Position numbers and translations under genes: made by a program
The notes under the pieces: generated by a model
Told to the model about the DNA's origin: nothing
The model's input: only the letters and a program-made list of their open reading frames with translations
Databases searched by the model: none
Part shown: positions 1-9,819 of the stretch, in pieces
Numbering within the stretch: the stretch's first letter is position 1
Layout of the letters: each line of letters starts with the position of its first letter
From: Patescibacteria group bacterium
Lineage (GTDB): Bacteria; Patescibacteriota; Minisyncoccia; Phycocordibacterales; Phycocordibacteraceae
Length of the DNA: 64,000 nucleotides
Direction: 5' to 3'
Assembly: GCA_018970425.1 (NCBI GenBank)
Contig: JAGWWK010000002.1
Span: forward strand, 7,891 to 71,890

Positions 1-63
1 TTCACACGACGAGGCACGGGTAACCGCTCCGGCATTCGAATCTCTGCCCCTACTCGCACCACA

Positions 64-98
64 CCCTCTCAGAATAGCTGGTCGCTATTCTGAGAGGT
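64..98. other. Perfect 13-bp-stem hairpin (cctctcagaatagc-tggtc-gctattctgagagg) just 3-prime of tRNA-Ser on the minus strand; no U-tract
   Basis: Inverted repeat read directly from the sequence. Confidence 0.4.
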
Positions 99-103
99 CG
101 TTG

Positions 104-190
104 CGGAGAGGAAGAGATTCGAACTCTTGAAGAGGTTTCCCCCTTGCCGGTTTTCGAAACCGGTGCTTTCGACCACTCAGCCACCTCTCC
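104..190 (-). tRNA. tRNA-Ser (anticodon CGA), long variable arm
   Basis: Reverse complement folds as a cloverleaf: ggagagg acceptor stem, anticodon loop ttCGAaa, long extra arm, T-loop gttcgaatc. Confidence 0.8.
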
Positions 191-235
191 AGTTTATTAA
201 AACAATTTGCGCTACATTGAGCCACTGCTTCAACT

Positions 236-331
236 CATTACCCTACCGGGAATCGCCCGCGACTGAGAGCCATCTGGCTCTCGTCTGGGCACCGCCTCGG
301 TTACCTTCAGAACCTCCGGCGTTCGATTCCC
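236..331 (-). other. Degenerate fragment derived from tRNA-Glu: a 16-nt exact copy of the tRNA-Glu 3-prime end (accctaccgggaatcg, 240-255), a shortened T-loop, and a long imperfect hairpin at 256-291
   Basis: Sequence comparison with the adjacent tRNA-Glu. An inverted 11-mer gttcgattccc also lies at 320-330. No complete cloverleaf can be drawn. Confidence 0.4.
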
Positions 332-406
332 TGGTGACCCTACCGGGAATCGAACCCGGATTCTCAGCTTGAAAAGCTGGTGTCCTAACCATTAGACGAT
401 AGGGCC
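332..406 (-). tRNA. tRNA-Glu (anticodon TTC), CCA encoded
   Basis: Reverse complement ggccctatcgtctaatggttaggacaccagcttttcaagctg...gggttcgattcccggtagggtcacca folds as a cloverleaf. Confidence 0.85.
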
Positions 407-465
407 GTGCCTTTGCACTTAGGGCTACTATACCACTCCCTCTACACTCCTGCTACCCACGTGAC

Positions 466-1452
466 ATGCGCTATACTCAATCTATGGATTTAGCACTTGC
501 TCTCGCATTCCTCGGCGGCGGACTGGCAATTTTGGTGTTCGGCGCTGAATATTTAGTCAAAGGTTCGGCATCACTCGCCACACGGATTGGCGTACCTCCG
601 CTTGCGATAGGTCTCACCATCGTAGCCTTCGGCACCTCAACGCCAGAGCTCACAGTGAACCTCTACTCTGCGATAACCGGAGCGACAGATATCGCCATCG
701 GTAACGTAGTCGGATCCAATATCGCTAACATCTTACTGATTCTTGGTGTCTCATCGCTTGTGGCACCACTCGTCGTTAAAAACTCGACCGTATGGAAAGA
801 GATGCCCTTCGCACTCCTTGCAGGAGGACTACTCCTGGTGCTCGGGGCCGATCAAATCATAAGCGGTGCCGGACCTGACATGCTTACCCGCGGCGATGGA
901 CTCGCACTCATGGGGGTCTTCGCGATTTTCATGTACTACGTTGTAGGACTTGCTCGCGCGAACCGCGAAGCCACGAACGCAGAGGCGGTAGAAGAGATGC
1001 CGCTCGCGCGCTCGATAGTGTGTATTGTCATGGGTCTCGGCGCCCTCGTACTTGGCGGTAAGATCCTAGTAGACCAAGCAGTATTCCTGGCGCAGCTAGT
1101 AGGGTTGTCTGAAGCGGTTATTGGTCTCACCGTTGTCGCGGTAGGTACATCGCTGCCTGAACTTGCAACCTCCGTTATAGCAGCAATTCGAGGTCAGTAT
1201 GACATTGCGGTCGGCAACATCATCGGGTCAAACATATTCAATATATTCTGGATCTTAGGACTGACCGCCGTCATCGCCCCACTCCCCATATCACAGAGCT
1301 TCGGCGGAGATATTCTCGTCCTGCTCCTCACGACGCTCCTCCTTTTTCTCTTTATGTTTACGGGACGCAAGTTTGTCCTCGATCGATTCGAGGGCGCGTC
1401 GTTCGTTATTCTCTATATCGCGTACGTAGTATTCTTGCTAACACAGCACTAA
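466..1452 (+). CDS. CaCA-family Na+/Ca2+ exchanger (YrbG-like) membrane protein
   Basis: Two alpha-repeat motifs (GTSTPELTVN and GTSLPELATS) in a polytopic hydrophobic protein. Confidence 0.8.
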   Translation: MRYTQSMDLALALAFLGGGLAILVFGAEYLVKGSASLATRIGVPPLAIGLTIVAFGTSTPELTVNLYSAITGATDIAIGNVVGSNIANILLILGVSSLVAPLVVKNSTVWKEMPFALLAGGLLLVLGADQIISGAGPDMLTRGDGLALMGVFAIFMYYVVGLARANREATNAEAVEEMPLARSIVCIVMGLGALVLGGKILVDQAVFLAQLVGLSEAVIGLTVVAVGTSLPELATSVIAAIRGQYDIAVGNIIGSNIFNIFWILGLTAVIAPLPISQSFGGDILVLLLTTLLLFLFMFTGRKFVLDRFEGASFVILYIAYVVFLLTQH

Positions 1453-1638
1453 GCTCGGTCCTCTATAAACCCTCGAGCTTGATGCGCCCAGAGGCGTGCG
1501 CCCATCCGTCGCCTCTTGAGTAGCGTTTTGTTAATTATCTACACTCACACTTTCTGCAACTCGCACTCAGGAATTGCTCCCTCACGCAGAACCTTAGGCA
1601 CTGCTCCACGCGCGTCCACACGACGTCCGCGAGGACGA

Positions 1639-1672
1639 AAAACCCCCGCACTACTAGCGGGGGTTTTTCTTA
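1639..1672. terminator. Bidirectional intrinsic terminator (aaaaacccccgcactactagcgggggttttt)
   Basis: GC-rich hairpin flanked by an A-run and a T-run, between convergent genes. Confidence 0.7.
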
Positions 1673-3454
1673 CTCCTCGATGAAGCCGCCGGCTTGGTGC
1701 GCCCAGAGTCGAGCGTAGCACCCACCCTCCTTCGTCACGAGCACGTCATGCGTACCGTCTTCTACTATCGTACCGCCTTCCATGACGATGATGCGATCCA
1801 TCTCCTTTATCGTCGAGAGTCGGTGCGCGATAGCGATCACAGTCTTCCCTTGCATCAAGGTGTGGAGTGCCTTTTGTATCTCAGCCTCACTTTCAGAGTC
1901 GAGACTCGAGGTCGCCTCGTCGAGGATGAGTATCGGCGCCGCCTTCAGTATCGCGCGAGCGATAGCGATGCGCTGGCGCTGTCCTCCCGAGAGCTTTACG
2001 CCACGCTCACCCACCTCGGTGTCGTAGCCTTTCTCGAGTGCAGAGATAAACTCGTGTGCCTCAGCCTTCTTCGCTGCTTCGACCACCTCTTCGTGCGTGG
2101 CGTCGGGCTTTCCGTACGCAATGTTCTCGCGGATCGTGCGGTGAAAGAGTGCTGGGTCCTGTGGCACGACCGCGATGTGCTCGCGGAGTGAGTCCTGAGT
2201 CACCTCAGCGATATTCTGTCCTCCGAGCGTAATAGCGCCACCCTGTATGTCGTACTGGCGCAAGAGTATCGACACCAGCGTCGTTTTACCCGAGCCTGAC
2301 GGACCGACGAGTCCGACGCGCTCACCCTCTTTGAACGTGAGGTTAAAGTGCTCGAACACGTTTTTGTTTCCGTACGCGAAGGTCACGTCAGAGAGGACGA
2401 TGTCGCCGCCGCCCACGAGCGCCTTGGCACCCGGCGCGTCGACGACCGTGTGCGCTTCGAGTATCTGATCGAGTCCTTCTTTCGTCGTGCCGTACGACTC
2501 TGCGAAGTGGTTAATGTTCATACCGATGTACGAGAACCACCCGAGTATCCCGTTAATCACCGTAATAGACATGATGAACTGTCCTATCGTGAGATGTCCT
2601 TGGTCCCAGAGGTAGTATCCTGCTGCGACCATGCTGAGCGTAAAGAAGCCGAGGAGAATGTTATTTAACAAGAGGAGGAGCTCTGAGTAAAATCCGTTTT
2701 TCCACGTCGCGATGCGCAAGAGCTCACTCTGCTCAGCAACGAAGGCAACTTCTTTCTTGCGATTTGCAAAGTTAATGACCGAAAACATGTTCGACACGAT
2801 GTCGACCACGTAGCCCGAGAGTCGTGAGCGCAGTTCTTCGCGCTCTTTAGCGTACACCGAGGTGTACTTCGAGAGCTGGTAGTTTGTGATGACGAGCACC
2901 ACCATCCACACCGCGAAGAGGCCGGTGAGGACTGGGCTCGCAGTATAGAGGAGTCCAGCCGAGGCCACGAACGCGAGCGCGGTGTTTATAAAGTTCCACA
3001 CCACTGCGTCGACTAAGTCGCGTGCACCGCCAGAGGCGTTCCAAATTTTATTTGCAGTCGAGCCGGACATGCGGTTTGAGAAGTATGGGATCGAGTGGAG
3101 CGACAGGTGCTCGAAGAGTATCGTCGATGCGTGCGAGCGCATCGCAGACGTCCACGTGAGTGCACTCGCCCCCGACGCGCGGTACAAGAGCTGGTGACCA
3201 ATGAGTGTCACCGGGAGCGCCACCACCCACCAGAAAAACTGTCGGTGCGTCGCAAGCCCGCTACTCAGCGCATGTGCGGTGTCGATGAGCTGCTGGTACA
3301 CGTAGTACGTCGCCGTGTCTACCGACACAGCAATGACCATAAAGAAAATAGTAAGCACACCCCACGCCCAGTAGGGGCGCGAGACGTAGAGCGCAAACCG
3401 TATCGGTGTGCGCGGAACGCGTGTGTGTGCAGCGTGTGTGTGCATATATCGCAC
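1670..3454 (-). CDS. ABC transporter, fused permease and ATPase (MsbA/exporter type)
   Basis: Six-TM N-terminal domain, Walker A GPSGSGKTT, signature LSGGQRQRIAIARA, Walker B ILILDEATS. Confidence 0.9.
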   Translation of the reverse strand: MRYMHTHAAHTRVPRTPIRFALYVSRPYWAWGVLTIFFMVIAVSVDTATYYVYQQLIDTAHALSSGLATHRQFFWWVVALPVTLIGHQLLYRASGASALTWTSAMRSHASTILFEHLSLHSIPYFSNRMSGSTANKIWNASGGARDLVDAVVWNFINTALAFVASAGLLYTASPVLTGLFAVWMVVLVITNYQLSKYTSVYAKEREELRSRLSGYVVDIVSNMFSVINFANRKKEVAFVAEQSELLRIATWKNGFYSELLLLLNNILLGFFTLSMVAAGYYLWDQGHLTIGQFIMSITVINGILGWFSYIGMNINHFAESYGTTKEGLDQILEAHTVVDAPGAKALVGGGDIVLSDVTFAYGNKNVFEHFNLTFKEGERVGLVGPSGSGKTTLVSILLRQYDIQGGAITLGGQNIAEVTQDSLREHIAVVPQDPALFHRTIRENIAYGKPDATHEEVVEAAKKAEAHEFISALEKGYDTEVGERGVKLSGGQRQRIAIARAILKAAPILILDEATSSLDSESEAEIQKALHTLMQGKTVIAIAHRLSTIKEMDRIIVMEGGTIVEDGTHDVLVTKEGGCYARLWAHQAGGFIEE

Positions 3455-3597
3455 CTCTCTCTATACTACCCCCTTGGATGCACAAAAAGGCGCCGGTGCG
3501 CCGCGCGATTTTCTCTCTATGCGGGTATACCCGCTCGCGTATCCTTTCGTACAGTCCCCAGGGTTATGAGGAAGTGCTTACTAATATTACACCACAT

Positions 3598-4146
3598 TTA
3601 TACCCCTTGCAAGTCACTCCAGGGTACTGCCCCTTCGCGTATCAGGACGAGCGACTCGCCCCGAGCGTCGACCACCGTCGACGGAAGCGACTCAGGGAGC
3701 GTGCTCGGCCATGCAGGATCAAAGTAGATCTCTCCCGCTCGGTCACCAAACTGCGAAAGGATATCTGGGACTGTCTTTTGAGTCGACTGACCCGAGACGT
3801 TTGCGCTCGTCGCAGTAATAGGTCCACCAATTTTTTTAATAAGCTCTCGGACGACTGGGTGGTCAGGAACACGCACGCCGATAGTTCCATCATCAGACAG
3901 CTCGTGAGGTAGGTTTTTTGCTTTCAGAATAATGGTGAGCTTTCCGGGTAAAAACTTTTGCACCAAGCGTTCTGCAAGTGGTGTCACTTCGGCATACTCA
4001 CGCATCATCTCGAGCCCTGAGACGGCTATCGAGTAGTGCTTCTCGCCCCCGCTCCCCTTCAAAACGCGGAGCGCGCGTACCGCCTCAGCGTCGCGCGCGT
4101 CGACACCGAGGCCATAGACTGTATCTGTTGGGTAGAGGTAGATCAC
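3598..4146 (-). CDS. tsaC: L-threonylcarbamoyladenylate synthase TsaC/YrdC
   Basis: YrdC-domain motifs: YPTDTVYGLG near the N-terminus and TSANVSGQ later. Confidence 0.85.
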   Translation of the reverse strand: MIYLYPTDTVYGLGVDARDAEAVRALRVLKGSGGEKHYSIAVSGLEMMREYAEVTPLAERLVQKFLPGKLTIILKAKNLPHELSDDGTIGVRVPDHPVVRELIKKIGGPITATSANVSGQSTQKTVPDILSQFGDRAGEIYFDPAWPSTLPESLPSTVVDARGESLVLIREGAVPWSDLQGV

Positions 4147-4149
4147 GAA

Positions 4150-4347
4150 CTATGCGTTCCAAGGCCACCACGAAGAGTGGAGGAACTTTCTTTGGCGACG
4201 CTTGTGCTTACCGCCCGAGCTACGCTCACTAGCAATACCTTGAGAAATTCCATATAGACCTGCAGCAGAGATAACAGCTGCAATCACCCATGCGACTGGG
4301 CTTGAAACTACATCTTCTAAAAGTTCTGTCGACGCACCTATAGTCAT
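4150..4347 (-). CDS. Hypothetical small membrane protein (65 aa, one TM)
   Basis: ATG-initiated ORF with a hydrophobic segment, ending 4 nt before the tsaC start; weak support. Confidence 0.3.
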   Translation of the reverse strand: MTIGASTELLEDVVSSPVAWVIAAVISAAGLYGISQGIASERSSGGKHKRRQRKFLHSSWWPWNA

Positions 4348-4530
4348 AGCATCTAAAAACTATCCCGAGAAAGTTCCCCTCAACGTAGGTGAGAGACTCT
4401 TTTTCAGGCCCAGCTTGCTTCTAATCAAGCCGTACTTTATACCTTACTCTTCATTACGCCACAGTGCAATAGTGGTGTGGTGTAATTGCTGTGGCTTAAA
4501 AACCCGATTTGGTGTATAGTTTTAGCCACG

Positions 4531-4603
4531 GGCGCTTAGCTCAGTTGGTAGAGCATTTCTTTGACGTAGAAAGGGTCAGAGGTTCGAGTCCTCTAGCGCC
4601 CAC
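4531..4603 (+). tRNA. tRNA-Val (anticodon GAC)
   Basis: gggcgcttagctcagttggtagagc...anticodon loop ttGACgt...ggttcgagtcctctagcgccca. Confidence 0.85.
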
Positions 4604-4608
4604 CCCGT

Positions 4609-4633
4609 AAAACCGGCACTGCCGGTTTTTTTA
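4609..4633. terminator. Bidirectional terminator (aaaaccggcactgccggttttttt) serving tRNA-Val and orn
   Basis: Hairpin with a flanking A-run and T-run; it overlaps the orn stop codon. Confidence 0.7.
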
Positions 4634-5185
4634 TTTCAACCAGTTCTCGCGGTAGTAGCGGAGCTCTTCGATAGACCCCTTGATGTCATCGAGCGCGCGG
4701 TGTGTCTTACCCTCCTTCATCTTTTGTGCGGCCTCAAAGTACTCCGGGCGCCAGCGTCGTGCGAGCTCTTTCACTGCGGTGACATCGATGTTGCGATAGT
4801 GGAGATAGAAGTAGAGGTCATGCATCTGAAGTCGCATAAATGTGCGGTCGAGCGTCATCGAGTTACCACACAGTGGCGCCGTCTGTGGTGCGCAGTAGGT
4901 CGAAATAAACGTGAGCGTCTCTGCCTCTGCTTCCTGAATAGTTGTAGTCGATGCACGGACACGGTCGATGATCCCCGACTTCTTGTGTATCTCTAGGACC
5001 TCGGGCGGGATGTGGTTAAACCGGTCCATGTCTGCCTGGATCGTAATTTGTGGCCCCTCGGCGATGATCTGTAGGTCTTTGTCTGTAATTATTGTTGCGA
5101 CTTCAGTAATAGTGTCCACCGTTGGATCGACAATAGACGTCATTTCAAAGTCCATCCACACTAAGAGGTCGTCTCGCTGTGCCAT
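4631..5185 (-). CDS. orn: Oligoribonuclease (DEDD 3-prime to 5-prime exonuclease)
   Basis: LVWMDFEMT DEDD motif and overall resemblance to Orn; ATG at 5185 chosen. Confidence 0.8.
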   Translation of the reverse strand: MAQRDDLLVWMDFEMTSIVDPTVDTITEVATIITDKDLQIIAEGPQITIQADMDRFNHIPPEVLEIHKKSGIIDRVRASTTTIQEAEAETLTFISTYCAPQTAPLCGNSMTLDRTFMRLQMHDLYFYLHYRNIDVTAVKELARRWRPEYFEAAQKMKEGKTHRALDDIKGSIEELRYYRENWLK

Positions 5186-5211
5186 GTGATTTTTGCTACA
5201 CTCACCATACC

Positions 5212-6270
5212 ATGCGTGTCCTAGCAATAGAAACCTCGTGCGATGAAACCGCGGTCTCGATTCTTGAATGTTCAGGTAGCGTGAGTGGGGCGACCTTCCG
5301 CGTGCTCGGAAACGCGCTCTACTCGCAAGCTGATCTCCATGCTCAATACGGTGGCGTCTTCCCTACCCTCGCGAAGCGCGAACATATTAAGAACCTTCCC
5401 GTCATGTATGCGGAAGCGATGCGGCAAGCTGGAAACCCGACCGTCGACCTTATCGCAGTAACCCAAGGTCCTGGACTTGAGCCCGCGCTTTGGACGGGCA
5501 TTGAATACGCAAAGGAGCTTGGTGACACGCTTGGCGTACCCGTCTTTGGCACTGATCACATGGAAGGCCACATCGTCTCAGGACTCGTCTCGCAAAATGA
5601 CGCATCCTCGTACACCCTTTCTGCTCCAGCCTTCCCTATACTTGGATTACTTATTTCTGGCGGGCACACCGAGCTCGTCCTCATGCGTACGTGGCACCAG
5701 TACGAGCTCGTCGGTCGCACGCTCGACGACGCCGTGGGCGAAGCGTTCGACAAAGTTGCCCGCATGCTCGACCTCCCCTACCCCGGCGGACCGCGGATAG
5801 AGAAGCTAGCCGCTCAAGCAAGCGCACGCGGAGCGGTCCACGATATAGTATTTCCGCGACCAATGCTGCATGACAAGAGCTGCAACTTCTCATTCTCAGG
5901 ACTCAAGACTGCCGTTCTCTATCGCATACGCGAAATGAAAGATTTGTCAGACGATGATAAGGAGCATATCGCACAGGCCTTCCAAGATGCCGCACGGGAA
6001 GTGCTCGTGGCAAAAACCAAGAAAGCTTTGCTCGAAACTGGTGCACGCACGCTCGCGGTAGGCGGTGGTGTCTCCGCGAGCAAAAATATTCGCGCAGGAC
6101 TTGAAGATCTTGTCCGGACTGACTTTCCTGAAGTCCACCTCTCGTACCCTACTGGCGGTCTCCACCTCGACAACTCCATCATGATAGGTATGGCCGCATA
6201 CCTCCGCCACGCGGCCGGGTACCCTAGTGGCCCCCTTGAGGCCCGAGGGGCGCAAAAACTGGCTCCGTGA
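5212..6270 (+). CDS. tsaD: tRNA N6-adenosine threonylcarbamoyltransferase TsaD (Kae1/YgjD)
   Basis: MRVLAIETSCDETAVSIL N-terminus and GGVSASKN motif; ATG at 5212. Confidence 0.9.
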   Translation: MRVLAIETSCDETAVSILECSGSVSGATFRVLGNALYSQADLHAQYGGVFPTLAKREHIKNLPVMYAEAMRQAGNPTVDLIAVTQGPGLEPALWTGIEYAKELGDTLGVPVFGTDHMEGHIVSGLVSQNDASSYTLSAPAFPILGLLISGGHTELVLMRTWHQYELVGRTLDDAVGEAFDKVARMLDLPYPGGPRIEKLAAQASARGAVHDIVFPRPMLHDKSCNFSFSGLKTAVLYRIREMKDLSDDDKEHIAQAFQDAAREVLVAKTKKALLETGARTLAVGGGVSASKNIRAGLEDLVRTDFPEVHLSYPTGGLHLDNSIMIGMAAYLRHAAGYPSGPLEARGAQKLAP

Positions 6271-6282
6271 TACCATTTTTAA

Positions 6283-8442
6283 ATGCTCGACCCCAAGTTC
6301 CTTAAGCCCTACGATGCGCAGTCCTCTGAAGGCCGCATCTACAGTACGTGGGAGAATTCCGGCTATTGCAACCCTGACAACTTGCCTCACAACCGCACGG
6401 AGCCGTTTTCTATTGTTCTGCCGCCTCCTAACGTTACCGGTACCCTCCACATGGGCTCAGCGCTCATGCTCGCACTTGAAGATATGATTGTGCGCTACAA
6501 GCGTATGCAAGGATTCAAAACACTCTGGATCCCAGGCACTGACTCTGCTGCCATAGCAACGCAGGCACGCGTAGAAAAAAATATTCAAAATGCCGAGGGC
6601 AAGAGCAGGTATGACCTGGGGCGTGAAGAGCTCCTCAGACGGATTGATGTGTATGTAGAATCAACCAAAAATATAATTATTGGGCAGATGCGTGCCACGG
6701 GCGCTTCTCTCGACTGGTCGCGCTACGCCTACACAATGGATGCTGAGCGCTACAGCGCTGTGATGCACGCGTTTATCAAAATGTACGAAGCGGGTCTTAT
6801 CTACCGGGGGAACCGTATCGTCAACTGGGACCCGAAGGGACAAACAACCATCTCAGACGATGAAATTGTGTATGAGGAGCGAGACGCAATGCTTTACACG
6901 TTTACCTATGGAAAGGAGTTTCCTATCCCTATCGCAACGACCAGGCCTGAAACAAAAGTTGGCGATGTGGCGGTTGCAGTGCACCCGTCCGATGAGCGCT
7001 ACGCTGAATACGTCGGCAACGTATACGACGCTGTCTTTTGCGATGTACCCATTCGCATCACGGTCGTTGCCGACCACACAGTAGACAGGGAGTTTGGAAC
7101 TGGTGCCGTCGGAGTTACCCCGGCGCACTCACTCGCTGACTGGGATATTGCTGACCGGCACAACTTACAACGCCCGCAAGTCATAAATGAGTACGCAAAG
7201 ATGACGGTCGAGGGCCGCTTGCACGGAAAAAAGACAACTGTCGCGCGCGAAGAGGTGGTCGCCTGGCTCAGATCCGAAGGACTGCTCATTACGGAGGAAA
7301 AAATTAAGCACAATGTTGCAACTGCTGAGCGGACCGGCGGTATTATCGAGCCTTTGCCAAAGCTCCAGTGGTTTGTTGCGGTAAATAAAGAGTTTACCCG
7401 CCCTGATGGCACCGTCGATACGCTCAAGGAGGTCATGCGCCGCGCTGTAGACTCGGGCAAGACAACATTCCTCACTGAGCGCTTCGAAAAGCAGTATCGA
7501 CACTGGGTCGAGAATCTCCGCGACTGGTGTATCTCTCGTCAAATTTGGTTCGGGCACCGTATCCCCGTGTGGTACCAGGGCGATGCTAGTAAGGTCCAGG
7601 TGACGTCCCCCGGCGAAGGATGGTCGCAAGACGAAGACGTGCTCGATACCTGGTTTTCCTCCGGACTCTGGACCATGACCACGCTCGGCTGGCCCAATGA
7701 TACTGAAGACCTGCGAACGTATCACCCCACCGCACTTATTGAAACTGGGTACGATATTCTTTCCTTCTGGGTCGCGCGCATGATACTCATGAGCGGTTTT
7801 TTCCTCAACGATGTGCCGTTTAAAACAGTCTACTTTCACGGAATTGTCCGCGACGGCCAAGGGCGCAAGATATCAAAGTCGTTAGGCAACAACATTGATC
7901 CCGTCGACCTAGCGGCAAAGTATGGTATGGACGCGGTACGCATCGCGCTCATTATGGGTATGGCTCCCGGCACCGACTCAAAGGTAGATGAAAACAAAAT
8001 CCGTGGCTACAAAAATTTTGCAAATAAAATTTGGAATATTGCTCGCTTCGTCCTTGAGAACACTGAAGGTACTGACCTCACGGAAACTCATGTCTTTTCC
8101 GCTGAAGACCAAGAAGACCTTGCGGCACTCAGCCGTACCGTGCTCGATGTCACGAAGCATATGGACGAGTACCGCGTCGACCTCGCCGCAGATCGCGCGT
8201 ATCACTACGTATGGCACACGTTTGCAGATGAGGTCATTGAGCGGGCAAAACCAATTCTCAAAGGCACCGACGCGGTGGCACAGCGTGCAACTGCCGCGAA
8301 ACTGTATACCATCCTTACCACCTCACTCAAACTCCTCCACCCGTTTATGCCGTTTGTGACGGAGGAAATCTGGCTGGCGCTCCCGCAAAAAGACGCGGAG
8401 CTCTTACTCATCGCTCCCTGGCCAAAATCCGCGATACAATAA
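6283..8442 (+). CDS. valS: Valyl-tRNA synthetase, compact form (719 aa)
   Basis: HIGH region PPPNVTGTLHMGSAL, KMSKS-type KISKSLGN, CP1 editing region; no C-terminal coiled coil. Confidence 0.85.
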   Translation: MLDPKFLKPYDAQSSEGRIYSTWENSGYCNPDNLPHNRTEPFSIVLPPPNVTGTLHMGSALMLALEDMIVRYKRMQGFKTLWIPGTDSAAIATQARVEKNIQNAEGKSRYDLGREELLRRIDVYVESTKNIIIGQMRATGASLDWSRYAYTMDAERYSAVMHAFIKMYEAGLIYRGNRIVNWDPKGQTTISDDEIVYEERDAMLYTFTYGKEFPIPIATTRPETKVGDVAVAVHPSDERYAEYVGNVYDAVFCDVPIRITVVADHTVDREFGTGAVGVTPAHSLADWDIADRHNLQRPQVINEYAKMTVEGRLHGKKTTVAREEVVAWLRSEGLLITEEKIKHNVATAERTGGIIEPLPKLQWFVAVNKEFTRPDGTVDTLKEVMRRAVDSGKTTFLTERFEKQYRHWVENLRDWCISRQIWFGHRIPVWYQGDASKVQVTSPGEGWSQDEDVLDTWFSSGLWTMTTLGWPNDTEDLRTYHPTALIETGYDILSFWVARMILMSGFFLNDVPFKTVYFHGIVRDGQGRKISKSLGNNIDPVDLAAKYGMDAVRIALIMGMAPGTDSKVDENKIRGYKNFANKIWNIARFVLENTEGTDLTETHVFSAEDQEDLAALSRTVLDVTKHMDEYRVDLAADRAYHYVWHTFADEVIERAKPILKGTDAVAQRATAAKLYTILTTSLKLLHPFMPFVTEEIWLALPQKDAELLLIAPWPKSAIQ

Positions 8443-8448
8443 GCGGAG

Positions 8449-9183
8449 ATGGATATGTTACCTCTCTTGCCCACAGCGCTCAGCGCGGTGGCACTTGGCT
8501 TTTTCCCCATCATCATTTGGCTTGCCTTTTGGCTCATTGAGGATCGGCGCCACCCGGAACCGCGTCAACGCCTCCTCGTTGCATTTATGGCGGGAATGCT
8601 TTCAGTACCATTTGTACTTGGTGCTCAGGCAGGCGCCTACGCCTTTGTGACCTATGGGACCCTGCTGTTATTCATCTGGGCCACTATCGAGGCGATTGCC
8701 AAAATTTTCTTTGCGTGGTTTTTCGTCCTTCGCGACTCAGCTGTCGATGAGCCGATAGACATTCCAGTCTACCTAATCACTGTTTCCCTGGGTTTTGCAG
8801 CACTTGAAAATACACTCTTCCTCGTACAGCCCCTTATGTATGAAGGATTTGCTATTTCTGCCACAACGGGCGGCTTGCGCTTCATTGGCCCCACGCTCAT
8901 CCACGTCCTCGACGCAGTTATAATCGGCTCAGCGCTTGCTCTTGCGTTCTTCCGCAGTCGCGGAGAGAAAATACTGTACGGCCTCATCGGAATTATCCTC
9001 GCTGCCGCATTGCATGCGACGTTTAACATTCTTATAATAGCTACAGATGCGGAGCAATCGCTCAGTATCTTTCTCGGCGTATGGGTCGCAATTATCTTTG
9101 CACTCCTCATGCTTGAGAGGATTAAACTGTTGCATCCTCCCGCCTGGTGGGAAAAAGTATTTATAAGCTCACGTGATCGCTAA
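8449..9183 (+). CDS. Polytopic membrane protein, possibly a PrsW-like intramembrane protease
   Basis: 7-8 TM helices; motifs resembling the PrsW E..K, F...H and H...N (HATFN) signatures; the assignment is tentative. Confidence 0.4.
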   Translation: MDMLPLLPTALSAVALGFFPIIIWLAFWLIEDRRHPEPRQRLLVAFMAGMLSVPFVLGAQAGAYAFVTYGTLLLFIWATIEAIAKIFFAWFFVLRDSAVDEPIDIPVYLITVSLGFAALENTLFLVQPLMYEGFAISATTGGLRFIGPTLIHVLDAVIIGSALALAFFRSRGEKILYGLIGIILAAALHATFNILIIATDAEQSLSIFLGVWVAIIFALLMLERIKLLHPPAWWEKVFISSRDR

Positions 9184-9187
9184 CCGT

Positions 9188-9652
9188 ATGGCAAAAAAAC
9201 TATCATTCTTCGACCGACTCACCGGCTCGACAGCAGAGGAAGAAGACGCCTTCTCTGAGGAAGAAGCGCGCCATATAACTCCAACGCGCTCGCGAGCTGC
9301 GCCGGCAGAGGTTGAAGACGTTGGTGAGGCACAGCTCACCGTAGACATGTACGAGACTCCGAGCGAAATTGTTGTTAAAGCACTCGTTGCTGGTGTTCGT
9401 CCGGAAGATCTTGATATCTCAATTACACGCGACATGGTCACGATTCGTGGCCGCAGAGTTGAGTCTAAAGAAATTGATGAAGAGTCGTTCGTGTACCGCG
9501 AGTTATTCTGGGGCGCCTTCAGTAGGACTATCGTGCTCCCTGCAGAGGTGGACGTGGACATGGCAGAGGCGGAGCAGAAGCATGGCCTTCTCACAATCCA
9601 CCTGCCCAAGATCAATAAAGATCGACAGACCAAACTCAAGGTTAGAGGCTAG
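9188..9652 (+). CDS. Hsp20/alpha-crystallin small heat-shock protein
   Basis: Alpha-crystallin domain (DMYETPSEIVVKALVAGV...GLLTIHLPK). Confidence 0.85.
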   Translation: MAKKLSFFDRLTGSTAEEEDAFSEEEARHITPTRSRAAPAEVEDVGEAQLTVDMYETPSEIVVKALVAGVRPEDLDISITRDMVTIRGRRVESKEIDEESFVYRELFWGAFSRTIVLPAEVDVDMAEAEQKHGLLTIHLPKINKDRQTKLKVRG

Positions 9653-9745
9653 ATTTCCCCTGAGTTTTAAGATAAAATAGCCACTGTGGCCGAGTACGCA
9701 TCGCGTACTCACGCGTCACGCTGAATACCAGTATTCAGCACATAT

Positions 9746-9819
9746 GCCGGGATAGCTCAGTTAGTTAGAGCATTCGCCTGAAGAGCGAAGGGTCGTCAGT
9801 GCGAATCTGACTCCCGGCA
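9746..9819 (+). tRNA. tRNA-Phe (anticodon GAA)
   Basis: gccgggatagctcagttagttagagc...anticodon loop ctGAAga...ggtcgtcagtgcgaatctgactcccggca. Confidence 0.85.

Noticed and set aside
1-100. Third tRNA at the window start suggested by a ttcgaatc T-loop-like motif at 35-45
   Set aside because: ttcgaa is palindromic and no cloverleaf can be completed, so it is probably chance or an edge-truncated element.
127-372. 81-aa plus-strand ORF spanning the tRNA-Ser and tRNA-Glu genes
   Set aside because: It lies entirely over two minus-strand tRNA genes and tRNA-derived repeats and has no coding features.
1694-2191. Long antisense ORFs inside large genes (also 12229-12882 in lepA, 20459-21193 in groEL, 33221-33850 in the kinase, 42573-43091 in rpsB, 7165-7860 in valS)
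   Set aside because: They are shadow ORFs typical of GC-rich DNA, embedded in well-supported genes on the opposite strand, with Arg/Ser/Pro-rich junk composition.
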